From contig CM097886.1 of NCBI GenBank assembly GCA_044892525.1, forward strand, positions 186,732,312-186,796,311: a stretch of 64,000 nt of DNA. Reading direction: 5' to 3'. The notes beneath the pieces are model-generated. The model was not told where the DNA came from. It did not search any database and saw nothing but the letters and a program-made list of their open reading frames with translations. Shown piece by piece: positions 1-13,340 of this stretch (position 1 is the first letter of the stretch; every line of letters starts with the position of its first letter). The DNA is from Schmidtea polychroa. Its lineage: Eukaryota. The translations under genes and the position numbers were made by a program.

Positions 1-77
1 CTTTTGATTTACCTGTAATGATTTTTTACCATAAACCTAAACCGATAGAACAATACTGCTAATATAGATCTGTTTAG

Positions 78-3000
78 GTACGACTGAGCGAGTTTGTTTG
101 ATCCTTGGAACAGTTGAAGCGATAACGAAAATGCACAATTATATCATAGATAAGATCTTCGAGAAAGCTGACACGAGTTCCAAGAATCAGTCTGATAACC
201 GAATGCTTGCAGATAGGCACAAACAAGTAAGTTGAGATTTACCCATATTATCCTGGTTCCCTCTCTATCATTTTAATAGTAAAAAGTTGTGATTATTGTA
301 ATAAATTTCAACACATTAATCCCTTTCATTCAATTAATTCATCACTTATCCTATATTCATTGCAACTTATTATAACTTTATCCCTTCTGTAAAAGTAGAC
401 AAGGTCTAATGACAATTTTATCTATTGACACCAAGTTAGGTGCTTTGTAATGTTGATAATCGCTAGGGGGCTTTAAAGGCGCAATGATAATATTAATTAT
501 TGCTCATTTGAATAAATGGTTTTAAAAATCAACATCTGTTAGAGCTGACTTTTCTGATATCCATTTTCATGTCTTGGGAATTTTGATTTGGATTGATTAC
601 CAACTAGCAAGGCTAACTATTATACATCTTTCAAATCTGTGAAACTTGGGAATCTCACGAATCTATATTGTTATCTAGTTATGTTCTAGAGTTATTATGC
701 ATTATAAATGTTACAAAAAGTGATATGATAATTATTTAGATAATTTTAGTGTAGATTGACGACTTTGATAATTTGTAATGAATTTATACTGAATTTTCTG
801 AATAATTTGAGCAATCAGTCAACCAATTTGAGTATACGTGATAAATTACTTTTAAAAAATCATTAAAATTATTTTATTTCAATTAATTAATAACTTGAAT
901 CATCAGTATTTAAGATAAATATTTACTGGATTATTAATGACTAGAATTTAAAGTTCTTTCTTGTCCATTAATTGTCTTTTTATGATATTTATTTACTATT
1001 ATTTGAATAATTAAAGTTTTTACATGTTATTTTTACAATAATTTCCTCAATTTTTATCTATTTATTGAAAATCTTACAAATACTGGTACCTTGAGTTCAA
1101 TCAATCAGTTGGCGAAAATCAATAAGAATCAAAGTTGCAATGAGAATATATTCATCAACAATCGAAATTCCTGTTGAATAAAAAGATGGGAAAGCTGGTT
1201 TGTAAATATTTCAATACAGGGATATAAAATGGATGAGAAAGATATCGTTTCACCAATTTAGAGAGTAGATAGTGCTCGAATTTCTCTGGGATTTTAATAA
1301 ATATTTAGTTTTTAATATAATTTTTTAATATCAGAATGAGTTTTCTTAAGTATAGATGAATAATAAGTATTTTTTAAAAGGTGAAAATGTGTGTATGTAA
1401 AAGTTGGCTGAAAAGCCATTGTTTAAGGTGTTATGAGTGTGAATTTGAAATAAATAATGATGTCGTTTTGTAGAGATTTAAATTTTATCTATATATTGTT
1501 TTAGTGAAAATATCTCGAGTTGGTTAAAAAGATGTGTAAATTCAAAAATGGTGCACTAAAAATGAAATTTCACAATTTTGATTACATCATAGGCTCATTT
1601 AATAGAGAGTTGAATTTCAAGTATATTGATACAAAAATTTCTTATAAAAATAATAATCGATAGTAAAAAAATAGTAATTTATAATTTAAATAAATTTTTA
1701 ATTATTGTGTAATCGATCATTAAAACAAAATTTAAAAAAATTATACGGGGGGCTGTCAAAAAAATTTATATGGGGGATCCTGTCAAAAAGATAGGTACCC
1801 CTCCTCCTATTCGCCCAAAAAAATATGCGAGAGTCCTATAAGATATTACTAAATACTGTCCAACAGTCAAATCCATGAAATTGAGCCATGAAATACCCCT
1901 TCATATATAGTTATCATTCAGAGTCCATGAATGACGTTAAACATATTCGAACCAATAGTTGATACTCAGTGCGCCTATTAATTGATGAGACTGGCATAGA
2001 ACGCAATGATATTATATTTTCAAAACAATCAACTCACATAAATTTTATTTGTCCCTATCGTTTTCATTTTAATAATCACATTTATCCGGTGACTTGATAG
2101 ATCTTGATAATGAAGGTGAAATAGGACATTTCTGATTAACAGGAAGTATAGATCACCTAGACTAGATAATATTTTTATAGAGTAACAAAATCCCCCACAA
2201 CAATTTGAACATTGCACGTGTTGCACAAAATCCCCATCGATACATCTCTTTGAGTTCATCAATAATATCTATGAAATGTGCAAATTTACCACTCACATTT
2301 CATCCTTTCATTTCCAATAGTATATAATAACCCCAGTGTTGACAATATTTATCCAATCTTTCCTTAACTTTTGCTGTTAAATTTTTTGAAATATGCATTT
2401 AATAATTCAAAAGCTTTTGGCAATATTGTCAATTGTAACACAACTTACCCATAACTGGTTACGTTTCAGGTGAAAATTTTGGTTCCAAACAGCACTGCTG
2501 GCATGATTATTGGCAAAGGTGGCGCCTTTATCAAGGAAATAAAGGACAGTAGTGGCGCGTTTATCCAGATATCTCAGAAGTCGCGCGAGGTAAATCTACC
2601 AGAAAGATGTATTGTTATAGCTGGTAAAACCTTGAGAATTCAACTTGTGATTTTTATGTACTTGGAATATATTGCTAACAGGTGAACCGGAACAGAACCG
2701 TAAAGCAACTACGGCTATTCTAGCAAAAATTGCCGAGGACCCCCAATCAGCGAGCTGTCCAAATATATCTTATGCAGATGCACAAGGACCGGTTGCTAGT
2801 GCATATCCCACTGGAAGTCCTTATGCAAATTCAAGTCCACCTCATTCAGTTCCATCACATCAAATGGGATCCTCCGTTCTCTACAGTCCTATTGGAGTAC
2901 AATTAGCCGGTTTAACACCCACAGTTGGTGCCTTGCAAACACACATGAGTCCTGTCGGATCAGCAGGTCCTCAGCAGATATTAGGAGCTTCTACTGCTTT

Positions 3001-5694
3001 TGTAACGGGTCAACAAACTCCTCAACACATGATCGGAGGATCATCGAATCAGTCAGGAAGTTCCGCAACAGGTCTGTACGTTAAATATATAAAATTAGAA
3101 TGACATGTCTAATCTAAATAATTAAAATCCCGAATAATCCTAAAAACATAAAAAACACAAAATACCAAAAGGAAAAACAAATAATAAATTATATAAAAAC
3201 TCCTTCAATCCTTAACGTATCAAAAATATGAAATAAAAACATAAAACTCCTTTTACTATAAGTCTGGAAAATGGCAACAAATACCTTCATTCATGTTCAA
3301 TTCTCTAGCTCTACCAATACAGGGTTATATGATAACCTGTGACACCGATAGTTTGAGTTGCACTTTACCATTGGCTGCTTATTTTACTGATGCTTACTGA
3401 TGCTGCCAGGATTATATGTTGTGTTATTGTTCTACCTTTATCGTGTATCTACGGGGGGGGGGCGGCAGCAGGTTGGATATATGGTTGCACGAGAATATAT
3501 CTTTGGGCACCGCTAATGTTATCAGGGACGTCTCCAGTTATTCAGTGATTTCACGCATTTGCTATATTTTGGGCAACTATTGAAAGTAATTAAATATCAA
3601 GTTGCATAATTTCGTTGGGATTGCATAGCTAACGTAATTAGGTGCAGGAGTTTGTTATTCTTTCTCTCTTGATGCTCATCACGTAGACATGGATGACCAA
3701 ACTTATGATCAAACGATCCTGGAAGAGTTTACTGTGACCTGGGATTACGCGCTTCTTACTGGCTTATTAAATAGCTAGCAGATGACAATAATTATAATAA
3801 TAATAAAAGAAAATTTAAATTTAATTAAATAGCTGTCATCCAATAAAATCACTTTAAAATATTAAATTTTAATTACTTTTTAAAATAAAATTAATAGGAC
3901 GATTGAAATGCACACTTGATAAAGGAACTGCTAAAATATCGTGCCCTATAGACCTATAGGCGGCTTACAATGATTAATATGGAAATTATTGAATAATAGT
4001 CGTAATAATAATAACAATAAATAATCAAAGAAAGAAGGCAAAGTTTTATAAATTGAAAATCGCCAACTAAGTATATTATACAACATTGTTAAAAAAAAAT
4101 TTAACAAACAATAACATCATTCCATATAATAAATTATTCATATTACATTCAAAATCACTGTAGACTGGAGACTTTGAATATTAATTATAGAAGTTAAAGA
4201 TCTAATTACTCGTTTCCAGTTATTACTCGTTTTTTTTGCCAAAATCTTAAAATCAGCAATTCTTACTTTTTTTACTGGTACACTTCCTAAAATGATCCCT
4301 AATGACGGTAATCCATTCCGTCAGCAATGCTCTAGAACTCGAGTGCATAGATGACAGGCAATCTATCCAGTGTATGTGGAATTACACCTATTACATGAAA
4401 ATTGAGACTCGAGTTCTAAACACAGACCAACTGGAGTTGGAGACTTATTAGTGAACATGCTACCAACCTGGAAAGGCGTTGCAACAATCCTAAATATAGT
4501 CTTATTTACATGTTTAAGGATCTTATGCTTGAATTTTCTGAATAAGGTAATACCAAAACATATTTTTAATCGTATATAAAATATATAATTTAAAATATAT
4601 AATTTATATTTTTCCAGGAACTTCATTTCGTACGAGTTCCAATTTGAATATGGATAGTTTGCGCGCTGCTCTTCATTACGCAGGTTATCCAGACTCAGCC
4701 AGTCAAGAGATCGCTGCAGCAATGCAAGTTCTTGATAAATACGGTTTTATCAATATGTCAGTTTTGGGCGGATCTGCCTCCTCGGGATCGACCTTGGCTC
4801 CCTCGGTCGCTTCACAATCAGTTTCTAACAGTGCCTTTGGAATGCCGGGTAGTGGAGGGCCGTACCAAACATTTTCTGGTCCTCCCAGTGGCCCAGGACC
4901 TTTAACAGCAGCATATGGAGCTTCTCCACCATCTTTTGGAAATGCCACTTTGCTTTCACCAGGTTCCAGTTACAATTTTGGCCAACCCTCAATTTTTCAG
5001 GTTTGCTGTTGTTCTTTATTGCTAATATTGTCAATAATGCTTTTTATAAATTACCGCTTTTTAGGGGTACACGACGGGTCCAACATCGGGTAGTACTGGA
5101 GCTATCTCATTGCCAGGTCACAGTAGTCTCAACACGGAGGATTTCTTTTTAATGTCGAGCCCGCCAGATTTTGCAGCAACGTTCTCGCTGTATTCGCCAC
5201 CTCTACCTCAACATCATCATGGTGGATTTAGTTTCTATCAAGCCCAACCTGCTCCTGCTACCAGCACCGCCTTTCCTTCAGCTGAATTCCTTTCACAAAA
5301 TCAAGCCAGTTACAATTATGTACCTGTTGCTCTATCACCTCAGCAATTATCATCGGCTGCTTCTTCTGGAATCATAGAGCGAAACATTGATATACCGGAC
5401 ATTTTGTCTTTGAACCATTTTGAAGAAATGGCAATGATGTGTGACGTGGATGCAAAACCAGAACAGAAATTCAGAGACGGCAGTCCAGGATTGACTTCCG
5501 CTAGGCATTATATCATTCGTGGCTCTGAATGGAATATCAATCGATTTTCGGTTGTCCTCAATGAAACCGTACAGAAATTGCAGCGGACAAGCAATTCGTC
5601 AATATCTTCCAGCTCTTATTCAGCAATGCCTGTAACGCAGACCTCTTCGGGTGTGGATTCCTGTCCTGGAGTTTCCGCTACTCAAACCCAATAA
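78..5694 (+). CDS. NOVA: NOVA/pasilla-family KH-domain RNA-binding splicing regulator, 5'-partial. Exons 78-226, 2470-2623, 2682-3071, 4618-5000, 5065-5694
   Basis: All junctions are GT-AG with matching phases (1,0,1,1,0). Exon 1 gives [16 protein letters not shown]...DRHKQ (end of NOVA KH1). It joins [37 protein letters not shown]...[16 protein letters not shown]...[17 protein letters not shown] (NOVA KH2 with intact GKGG). The linker has the NOVA-like motif [11 protein letters not shown]...[15 protein letters not shown]3 is present only in degenerate form. The 3072 donor (GTCTGT) is weak, so an extra exon in that intron is not excluded. Confidence 0.93.
3330..3760 (+). mobile_element. Heavily decayed non-LTR retrotransposon (LINE) reverse-transcriptase remnant in a NOVA intron
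   Basis: ATTGGCTGCTTATTTTACTGATGCTTACTGATG reads IGCLFY*CLL, resembling the RT motif GCLLYADDL. It is preceded by a QG-like segment (PIQGYMIT). Many stops; boundaries approximate. Confidence 0.4.
4170..4560 (-). mobile_element. Penelope-like element remnant (GIY-YIG endonuclease region), pseudogenised
   Basis: Minus strand reads [21 protein letters not shown]...[25 protein letters not shown], then after frameshifts [18 protein letters not shown] and [12 protein letters not shown]. This matches the PLE GIY-YIG pattern Y.F.C..C...YIG.T.RHL..R..EH...FKIL...I....P.LN.Q. Confidence 0.7.
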
Positions 5695-8600
5695 TTACAA
5701 CAATTTAATCAGATCGATATCGGTGCTTGGTGGGTGATTTTTATATATTCTTGGACATTTTTTAGACTTAATAGTCAATATTACCGGCCATTTCCATATA
5801 TAGTCAAAAATCACCATGCGACCATGGGACTATATTATATTCCTAAGAAAAATAAAATTTATCGCTGACTAGATTCAAAATTTGCACTTGAAAATCAATA
5901 ACCAATAATCAAGAAAAATAATTGTCACCCCAGTTTAAACGATGATTTTTGGGAATTAATGTGCGAGAAAGGTTTGCATATTTTGTATGGTCACATAGCA
6001 GATGTGTATGACATATAAGTTATGGGGTAATAATCGATTAGTAAATAATTTGCTGCTTGATCGCTCACTGGAGATATTATTATTTACTTGATCCAATAAA
6101 ATCTAATAGTGTGAGCTTATAAGTGATAATGACTAACGTGCTCTCCTAATACGTGTCAATTTGGCAGTTAAAATTGTGATTAGATTCCTCATTCACACTG
6201 TAAATTGTCTAGCGAGCATTCCTCCTCCTCCTCCTCCTCTTCATCTTCTTCCTCATGCCCCCCTCTTCCCATCCCCTCCCCTCCCCCTCCCGTTTAATGA
6301 CTGTTCACTGAGCCTTCAAACATTTTACTGATTCATTTGATTTTTTATTTCCCCTCCGTCCAATGTGCCAGCGCAATGAAATAATATATTTCATTTGCTC
6401 AATACAGGATGACCCTAACTCTCAAAATGTTGAATGCTATTCAAATTTCCCATTGAGAATTCTTTTGTGTTACATTTGCGTTACATAAAACCTAGCCATT
6501 CAAATACAGGTTTATGACCAAAACTACGCTTGAGACATTAATGATCCCTTTACTTAAACTATGCATATGTTGGATCCTCTGGTTCATTATGGGTTCCTGC
6601 GGAATTTCCCAATATAATATTTCCTTTAGTCTCATTAAAATGAGAGTTTGACAAGGAGTTGAGGAACTTCTACCGTGGTGGGATTCAGTTGTTGCGTATG
6701 TCTATTTGATGTATCTATCGAGGCTTACAAATGGTTACAAATATATAGGCAGCTCCAATGCAGCTCCGCCTCATATTATAATGGAACATTCAAAATGATA
6801 ATAATAATAATAATTTTCACCATGGCCATTGAAAGGATGCTGAATTCTAATGGAAATAAAAATGAAACAAATTGCAAATAATCATTTAAATTATAATATC
6901 AAAGCATTCAAAACTTTTCAATAAATATTTCTATTAAATTTATAAACATTTAAATTAATAAATATTGATTATTAACTCTAAATTATTTATTCAATTTAAC
7001 CAGAATTTAGATCCAGATCAAAATTAAATAAAAATCGCTTGCAATATAATTGTTTAGAAATAACAGAAGTTGTTTTAATATTCAAGCGGTAAAGCGCAAT
7101 ATTTGTTGTGGAATAAATTTTTGTGGAGAATTTAACTTTGCTTAATAATGAGAATAATAAGTGCAATATTCTTATGTTCTCTAACCATTGAAATGTTCAT
7201 CTAACCTTCATTATCCGGCTGTCGTCGGGCATTGTTTATAATCCCTTTCCTTCTATACTCTATTTTATTAGTTACATTCATATGAATTATATATTTGTAT
7301 ATCCCATGTCAATGCTATCATTCTGGGAACTTGGGGAGGGGAGGGGAGTTATAATGGAGGCAATTAGAGCATGCGTGAATGTGTGATTGACAAATGATCC
7401 TATTAATAACCTTATTATCCCGATTCAGACATCCAATAATCAGTGTATGAAATCCATCATCAAAGCCATCACCAACATCCTCATAGTCTTCACTGTGTCA
7501 TCGAGTCACATTCGAGCATCGGACAAATTCTCTGTTCAATCCATATTCAACAAAATCTCTTTCAGTCAAACGTGATAAAACATTTCTCTATTTCTTTGTA
7601 TGTGCTTGTATGTGAATGTTGTACATTGTCAGTTGTCCTGGCCTGCCCTCCCTTCGCTGGGACCCAAGCTGGTCAACTATATCAGATGAACTATCTAGCT
7701 CTATGAAATCTAGACTACTACTATTATTATTATGATTATTATTATTTATATGATTATGATTATGATTATAATTGTGGTTATTATGATTATGATTATCAGT
7801 ATCATTATTAGTATTACTATTGCTATTGACAATAATAATAATAATATATTAGCAAGACTGTCAGCGCTGGTTTCTGTAATGTTGTGATTGGCTGTTTCCA
7901 GCCGTTTCAATAACTAATCAATGAATTTAGATATTAATATTGGATTGCATGTATGGTGCTAGCAGATTCTGTCGATGCTGCCGATGCTCCCGTCGCCATC
8001 GCCATCGCTAATGATAATGATAAACTGTGAGACTTGCAGCGAGTCTTGGTAACAACGACATTCAGAGACCGAACTGATTGATTTGTAGTTATATTTTATC
8101 TTTTAGACTTTGGTTTGTAACTGTGCTCGTTTGCTGTGGATTTGCTCCTTGAATTTAGCCGTCTTGTAGGGTTGTGTTTGAGATTTGAGGTCGTCTTGAT
8201 TTAATATTTATAGTTGATATTATTATTATTATTTTCATTTAGCCATTGTAGTGCTGTGCTGTTAGCAATTATCGGGGGTGCCGATCATGGTCATTATCTC
8301 ATGTCATAGTGAAATGATCCGTTTAGTTTGATCTGTTATCATTTGATGATTGACTGCGAGTGAGCGATCTATTCACTCTAGCCAATAATTTATCGCCCGC
8401 ACTTTTTATTATCGTTTGTTTGAACTCATTGGCTGGTGGTGTTAAGTGCTATTTTTTGGTAGTTCAATATTTTTATAAGATGGGCTTTCACCAAGATTGC
8501 TGAGATATCTTATTCTTTTATCCGAGATTGAATTGTGGATTTCTGGTTTGGTTCTTGTGTTGGTTATGTTGCGTATCGTGTATCAAGTGTAATCTATCTA

Positions 8601-9339
8601 CAGTTGCGTGTTGCGTGCGTTCCCGGCATTCGGTGCACAATCACTCAATTTGTAGCTCATTTTATATGCTGTTGATGGTAATAATCGTAATAATAACAGT
8701 AAGTAATAATTATTATAATAATAATAAAAAAATATTTAATATTATTATTGCTATTATTATGATTATTATTATTAATAATAATGATAATGTATGGTGATTA
8801 TTTTATTGTATGATGCTGAGGTATTTATTGTTGTTGAAATTGTTTTCTTGCGCGTGGATAGCGTGATTCTATTTTATGATTTTCCTTGTGCTCATATAGA
8901 CGCCAGGAATCTAGAAATATTACTAATAATAATAATGATACTATTTAATACAAATATTTATATATTATTAATATATATAATATATGTAATATATCTATCT
9001 CTATTTCTTGCGGTGTGATTATGGAGGGGTTATAGTGACAACCTTGCACAACTATTAGATTCAATTGTCGAGAAACTTTTCCTACGATTTAATATAAATT
9101 ATAAATGCTATATAATCTTCATCTATTTCTCCTTATTAAATGGATCTTTTGTTATGATTTTCAAAGCGCGCATAATAAATTTAGTAATGTTGGCATCGAG
9201 GATCATGGACGGACAATAAACCCGTAATCAATAAAAGATTAGTCAAAAGGAAAAAAGTTATTTATCCTAGGCTTAGTACGACCTAGGAACAGAGATCTTA
9301 ATAATATGAATCGCTATATGGAGACTCAAACCCCTATGG

Positions 9340-9586
9340 CAGTGTTGCCCAAACTGTGTGCCGTGAATTTATTTCAAAAAAGTCAAAACTATGTTTTATG
9401 AATTTTTCTAAATTTAAAATTTTTTACATTAAATTTATTTCAAGTAAATAAGTTTTTCATTTCTTATTAAAAGATTAGTAAAAGTGCAATAAAAAATTGC
9501 AAATAAAGCAAAAAAATTTAGGTGTGCCGCGAAAATTTTTAAATCAGCCAAGTGTGCCGTGGCTCAAAAAAGTTTGGATAACACTG
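9340..9586. mobile_element. hAT (Buster/Charlie-type) MITE, 247 bp
   Basis: TIRs CAGTGTTGCCCAAACT and CAGTGTTATCCAAACT (reverse complement), 14/16 match. Exact 8-bp TSD CCCTATGG at 9332-9339 and 9587-9594, with the central TA typical of Buster elements. Subterminal GTGTGCCG repeats. Confidence 0.93.
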
Positions 9587-11916
9587 CCCTATGGAATGGA
9601 CCAGTTGAAATGGTTATTTTGCATTGCACAGACATTAATTGGCTGTTGAAATAAATTTTTGTATTCTATTCGTAATCTCAAGGATGACAGAAACTGTAAA
9701 TATGACATTTGTCATGTTTGGTTCGTAAGTAGAAAAATAGAAGACAAATGATTTACACTTTCTATGTAATTATTATCTATGCGAGTATATCTAATTCTCA
9801 TTCCAATGACCTAATGATTTGCATCATAAACATTGAATTCTTTTCACCAATCTTGAAATAAATGAAGATTTTTCTGGCTTTTTGTTTGACAATGAAATTG
9901 ATATCCAAAACTAAATTTAGCTTCCTACAATTTCTTCATATCTGATGTTGTCGTTGATTTGCTATCTTGATTACATTTCCAAATCCCTTTGTTCATAATG
10001 TTGGTTACTTAGGGGTGTATCATTTTTACATTTTAAAATGCGTTAGGGGTAATCATAATCGTTCGACTCTTTCCTAAGCACCTCCATGACTATTGAAATT
10101 TAAACCAATTGTGTACCCATGGTGACGACCATGTTGGTACTGTACACAAAGGTGAAAAAACAATGAGCAGGTGAGCTCCATTACTAAAACTACTCCCCAT
10201 TGTATTTTCTTTTCGGGTTCTAGACTACCGATAGAAGGTCTTACGTCATTATTCACTGTGTATGCTACTTTTGGATCGTTGTTGGTCCTCAATTACGGGT
10301 ATTTCTAATTGTTCTCTTATAAAATTTTGTGCAGGGATCCGCCCTTATTTTCCAGCTAATGATTATTGTTCTACACTTTCTACAATATCTAAATTATCCT
10401 TTGAAAAATTTGAGCAGGGATTGGCCCTTATTTCCAAGTTAATCCGCGCTTCCCATAATATTTAAATTGCACTTCAAAAATTTTTGAGCAGGGATCTGCC
10501 CGTATTCTCAGTTCTAACCTACATTTGACCAAAGTACTTCCAGTAATAGGACCCATGAGGAAGCCCCCACATTCCGGCCCAATCCAGCTGCGCGATTGAA
10601 AAACCAGCATACCCACCAGTCTGAGCATCCCGAAGGTACCTCAAACCATGATATGCTGAATCTCAATTCAGCGGTACTAACGTTCGTAATCAGTTAGTAT
10701 AAAAATTGAACACAATAAAAATTATTATTTAATATCTGCAACTAAATGAAATTAAACAATTAAAAGAAAATAACAAAAGAAAATTTAACTAAAAATTTTA
10801 TTGCATATTAAATTTAATCATCTCGTAAAATTACTACAACAATAAAAAATAAATTACCAAATCCACGTTGGCATAAAATCGAAAACTGAGAGCTTCACTG
10901 TCTACAACTAAATTTTGATGTTAGAGAAAAAGTAGTAGTCTTAAATGAATTTGTGATCAGTATTTATAATGATTTTTCATGCATTTGCTGCCACTCTATC
11001 CAATCAGAGTGCGAGAAATTTTTAATTAGTGTTGGATACATGCATGAGTGTGTGCAATTGTTTATTTGTTTTAATTCAATAAATTTAATTAATTTCTTAT
11101 TTAATTTTTATTAATTTTAATTTTATAAATTTTATAATTTAAATAATTTGAGTTATATTAATTTTTATTAATTTAAACATTTTTATTCTTTAAATTTAAT
11201 AAGTTAAATAACCAATTAATTCTATAAACTTTACAATTTATATAATGCTAACTAATTTTATTATTTTTGACGATTTAATTTTTATATTGTTTAAATAATT
11301 TTCAACTAATTCTATTTTATATTTTATTATTTTTCTATTTAAATTTTTAAGTGTTGAATTTTTTGTTAAATTTATTTATCTCTTATTCTATTATACGGAG
11401 TTTATTGGTTCTTAATGTGTAATGTAATTTATTTCATTTATTTTAAATTAAACCTTGGTCATAAATTTTCCAACTTTGCGGTTTTTGTGTTAGGTATTTT
11501 CGATCGATTAAAACAAACTCTCAGTTCTCGGTTTCAGCCCAACAATAATGGTGGGTTAGGAGAGATGAACGATCCTATTTCGTATTTCACTATCATTCCT
11601 TTTGTAATTCTGCATAACTACTGATTTATATGAAATCATATGAACATTTAACTTTTATCTTTCCGGAGTCCAGGGCTTCACCCTCTTGCCAAACTGATCT
11701 CAGTCAATCTCCCCTTTCATCATCACTTTTTCTTTTATTTTTTCCTAGGTTTAGATAAAATATTTTCGGAATTGCTTTTCTTAAAATCAACTTATTTGTT
11801 TGATTATTTCTTCTAATTTATTCAAAACATTCTGACAGGGGATAATAATTATTATTAAAATGTGCCATATGATCATTTAGAACTAATAATTAACACGATT
11901 TATTTATATTCTAGAT

Positions 11917-12177
11917 CAGGGGTGGGGAACCTTTTTATTTCCATAGGCCACATTAAAATTTGTCGCCTTCAAATGAGGCCGCGGTCAAAAAGTATTTCGA
12001 TTATATTTCGTTCTTTGTACTCGGCGGGATGCTTGTACAGTACGGTATATATACAATTCAGTAGCTACAAGCATTTTTATTTGTAAATCCTTAAAATTCA
12101 TGGTTTTTATATAAATTAAGATTTATTTTGATAAGGCTCCGGAGGCCGCATGCGGCCTAAAGGACGCAGGTTCCCCA
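11917..12177. mobile_element. hAT (Charlie-like) MITE, right end truncated
   Basis: Left end CAGGGGTGGGGAACCT follows TTCTAGAT (Charlie target consensus NTCTAGAN). Internal GGCCGCATGCGGCC. The right end AGGTTCCCC lacks the terminal bases and there is no second TSD. Confidence 0.75.
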
Positions 12178-12917
12178 GAATCATTTTTAAGTAGCGCCGT
12201 TTATTTATATTACCGTCTAATGGTAACTCGGAAATATAAAATAAACTATATATAAATATTTATATAATTATATGGTAATATTAATTGTGCTGAAGATGAA
12301 ATAATTATTTTAATAAAGCTGTTGTTTAAAACGAGCGATAATTGTTAATTAAATGAGATCCTAAATTAAATATTCGAAAGCTTAAATAAATTAAATGGAA
12401 TTTTAAAAACAATAATCTAGATGATGGGCGGGGGGAATATATTGTCCTTTTCGATTACTGAGAGGTTAACGATCTTTCGATTTATCTCATATTGAGTGTA
12501 TACTTTATGGAGCGCTTGCGACTCTCCTCGAGTAAGCTGTCACAGCAATGTTCGACTCGCAACAACTTGTTAGCTTCCTTCATCTGGACGCGGGTAAACC
12601 ACGCCCCTCTAGATGTTTGATTTTCTGTTTTAATAGTCCGTTCTCTGTCTGCAGTGCTCGAATAACCGCGTTTTTATCGGAGCACGAAAATCATGGCTTC
12701 AAGACAGTTGTAGTCGTTGGATTGTTTGCCTTCATCTACAATTTGCAGTTTTAATTTAGTTGAAATTTCATTTTAGTAAATGTTAAAGCGGTAAGTGGTT
12801 ACAGCATCGATGAAAAAATGTCATTGGAGGGTCAATATGTGGATGTGGACATGAATAAAATATAAACAATCGCAGTTCCGACCAGATGATGACACTCCGC
12901 ATCTAATTGATAATTGA

Positions 12918-13340
12918 CAGTGCTCGAAGTGGAACAAAATATGTGCCGGGATAGGCATGCTGTGGCACCCGGGATTCCAGGCTTTTATGCAGAAATTTTC
13001 AGTTGGGGGTGTTGCAAAACTTTGGGGGGTGTCCAACAAATTTTTTGGGGGGGGGTGTCCACCCATTTAATCATAAGTTTCAGAATATACCTACCTATCC
13101 ATTACTGCTGCTTGGGAAATTCTTAATTGAATAGAGAATAGAGAATAAAGAATATATATATACATACATATATGGATGTACTATGTGTGACCTTAATTGC
13201 AGTATTTGTGTGCTTATAAAATGAAATAAGTACCGGGATAAACCTATAGATTATATGAAATGAAGTGCCGGGATGCAATTCCGCCTACATAATCAATGCC
13301 GGGATAATATCCCGGCTATCCCGCCTCACTTCGAGCACTG
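12918..13340. mobile_element. hAT non-autonomous element, 423 bp, probably containing a nested fragment of a second element (about 12978-13075)
   Basis: Perfect 14-bp TIR CAGTGCTCGAAGTG. Exact TSD ATAATTGA at 12910-12917 and 13341-13348. Five subterminal CCGGGAT motifs. The internal CAGGCTTTTATGCAGAAA...G-run segment looks like another hAT end. Confidence 0.93.

Noticed and set aside
1960-2460. Minus-strand peptides ([23 protein letters not shown]) suggesting a CR1 3' end or a gene fragment
   Set aside because: A single short motif with many stops, lying within a NOVA intron.
7850-8200. Coding-like minus-strand stretch (QDDLKSQTQPYKTAKFKEQIH...)
   Set aside because: No start, acceptor or continuing exons; more simply part of the NOVA 3' region.
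10320-10515. Repeat-spacer pattern as a CRISPR array
   Set aside because: Eukaryotic context, only three degenerate repeats and no cas genes.
12420-12760. GC-richer island, possibly a third Penelope remnant
   Set aside because: No diagnostic motif could be reconstructed.
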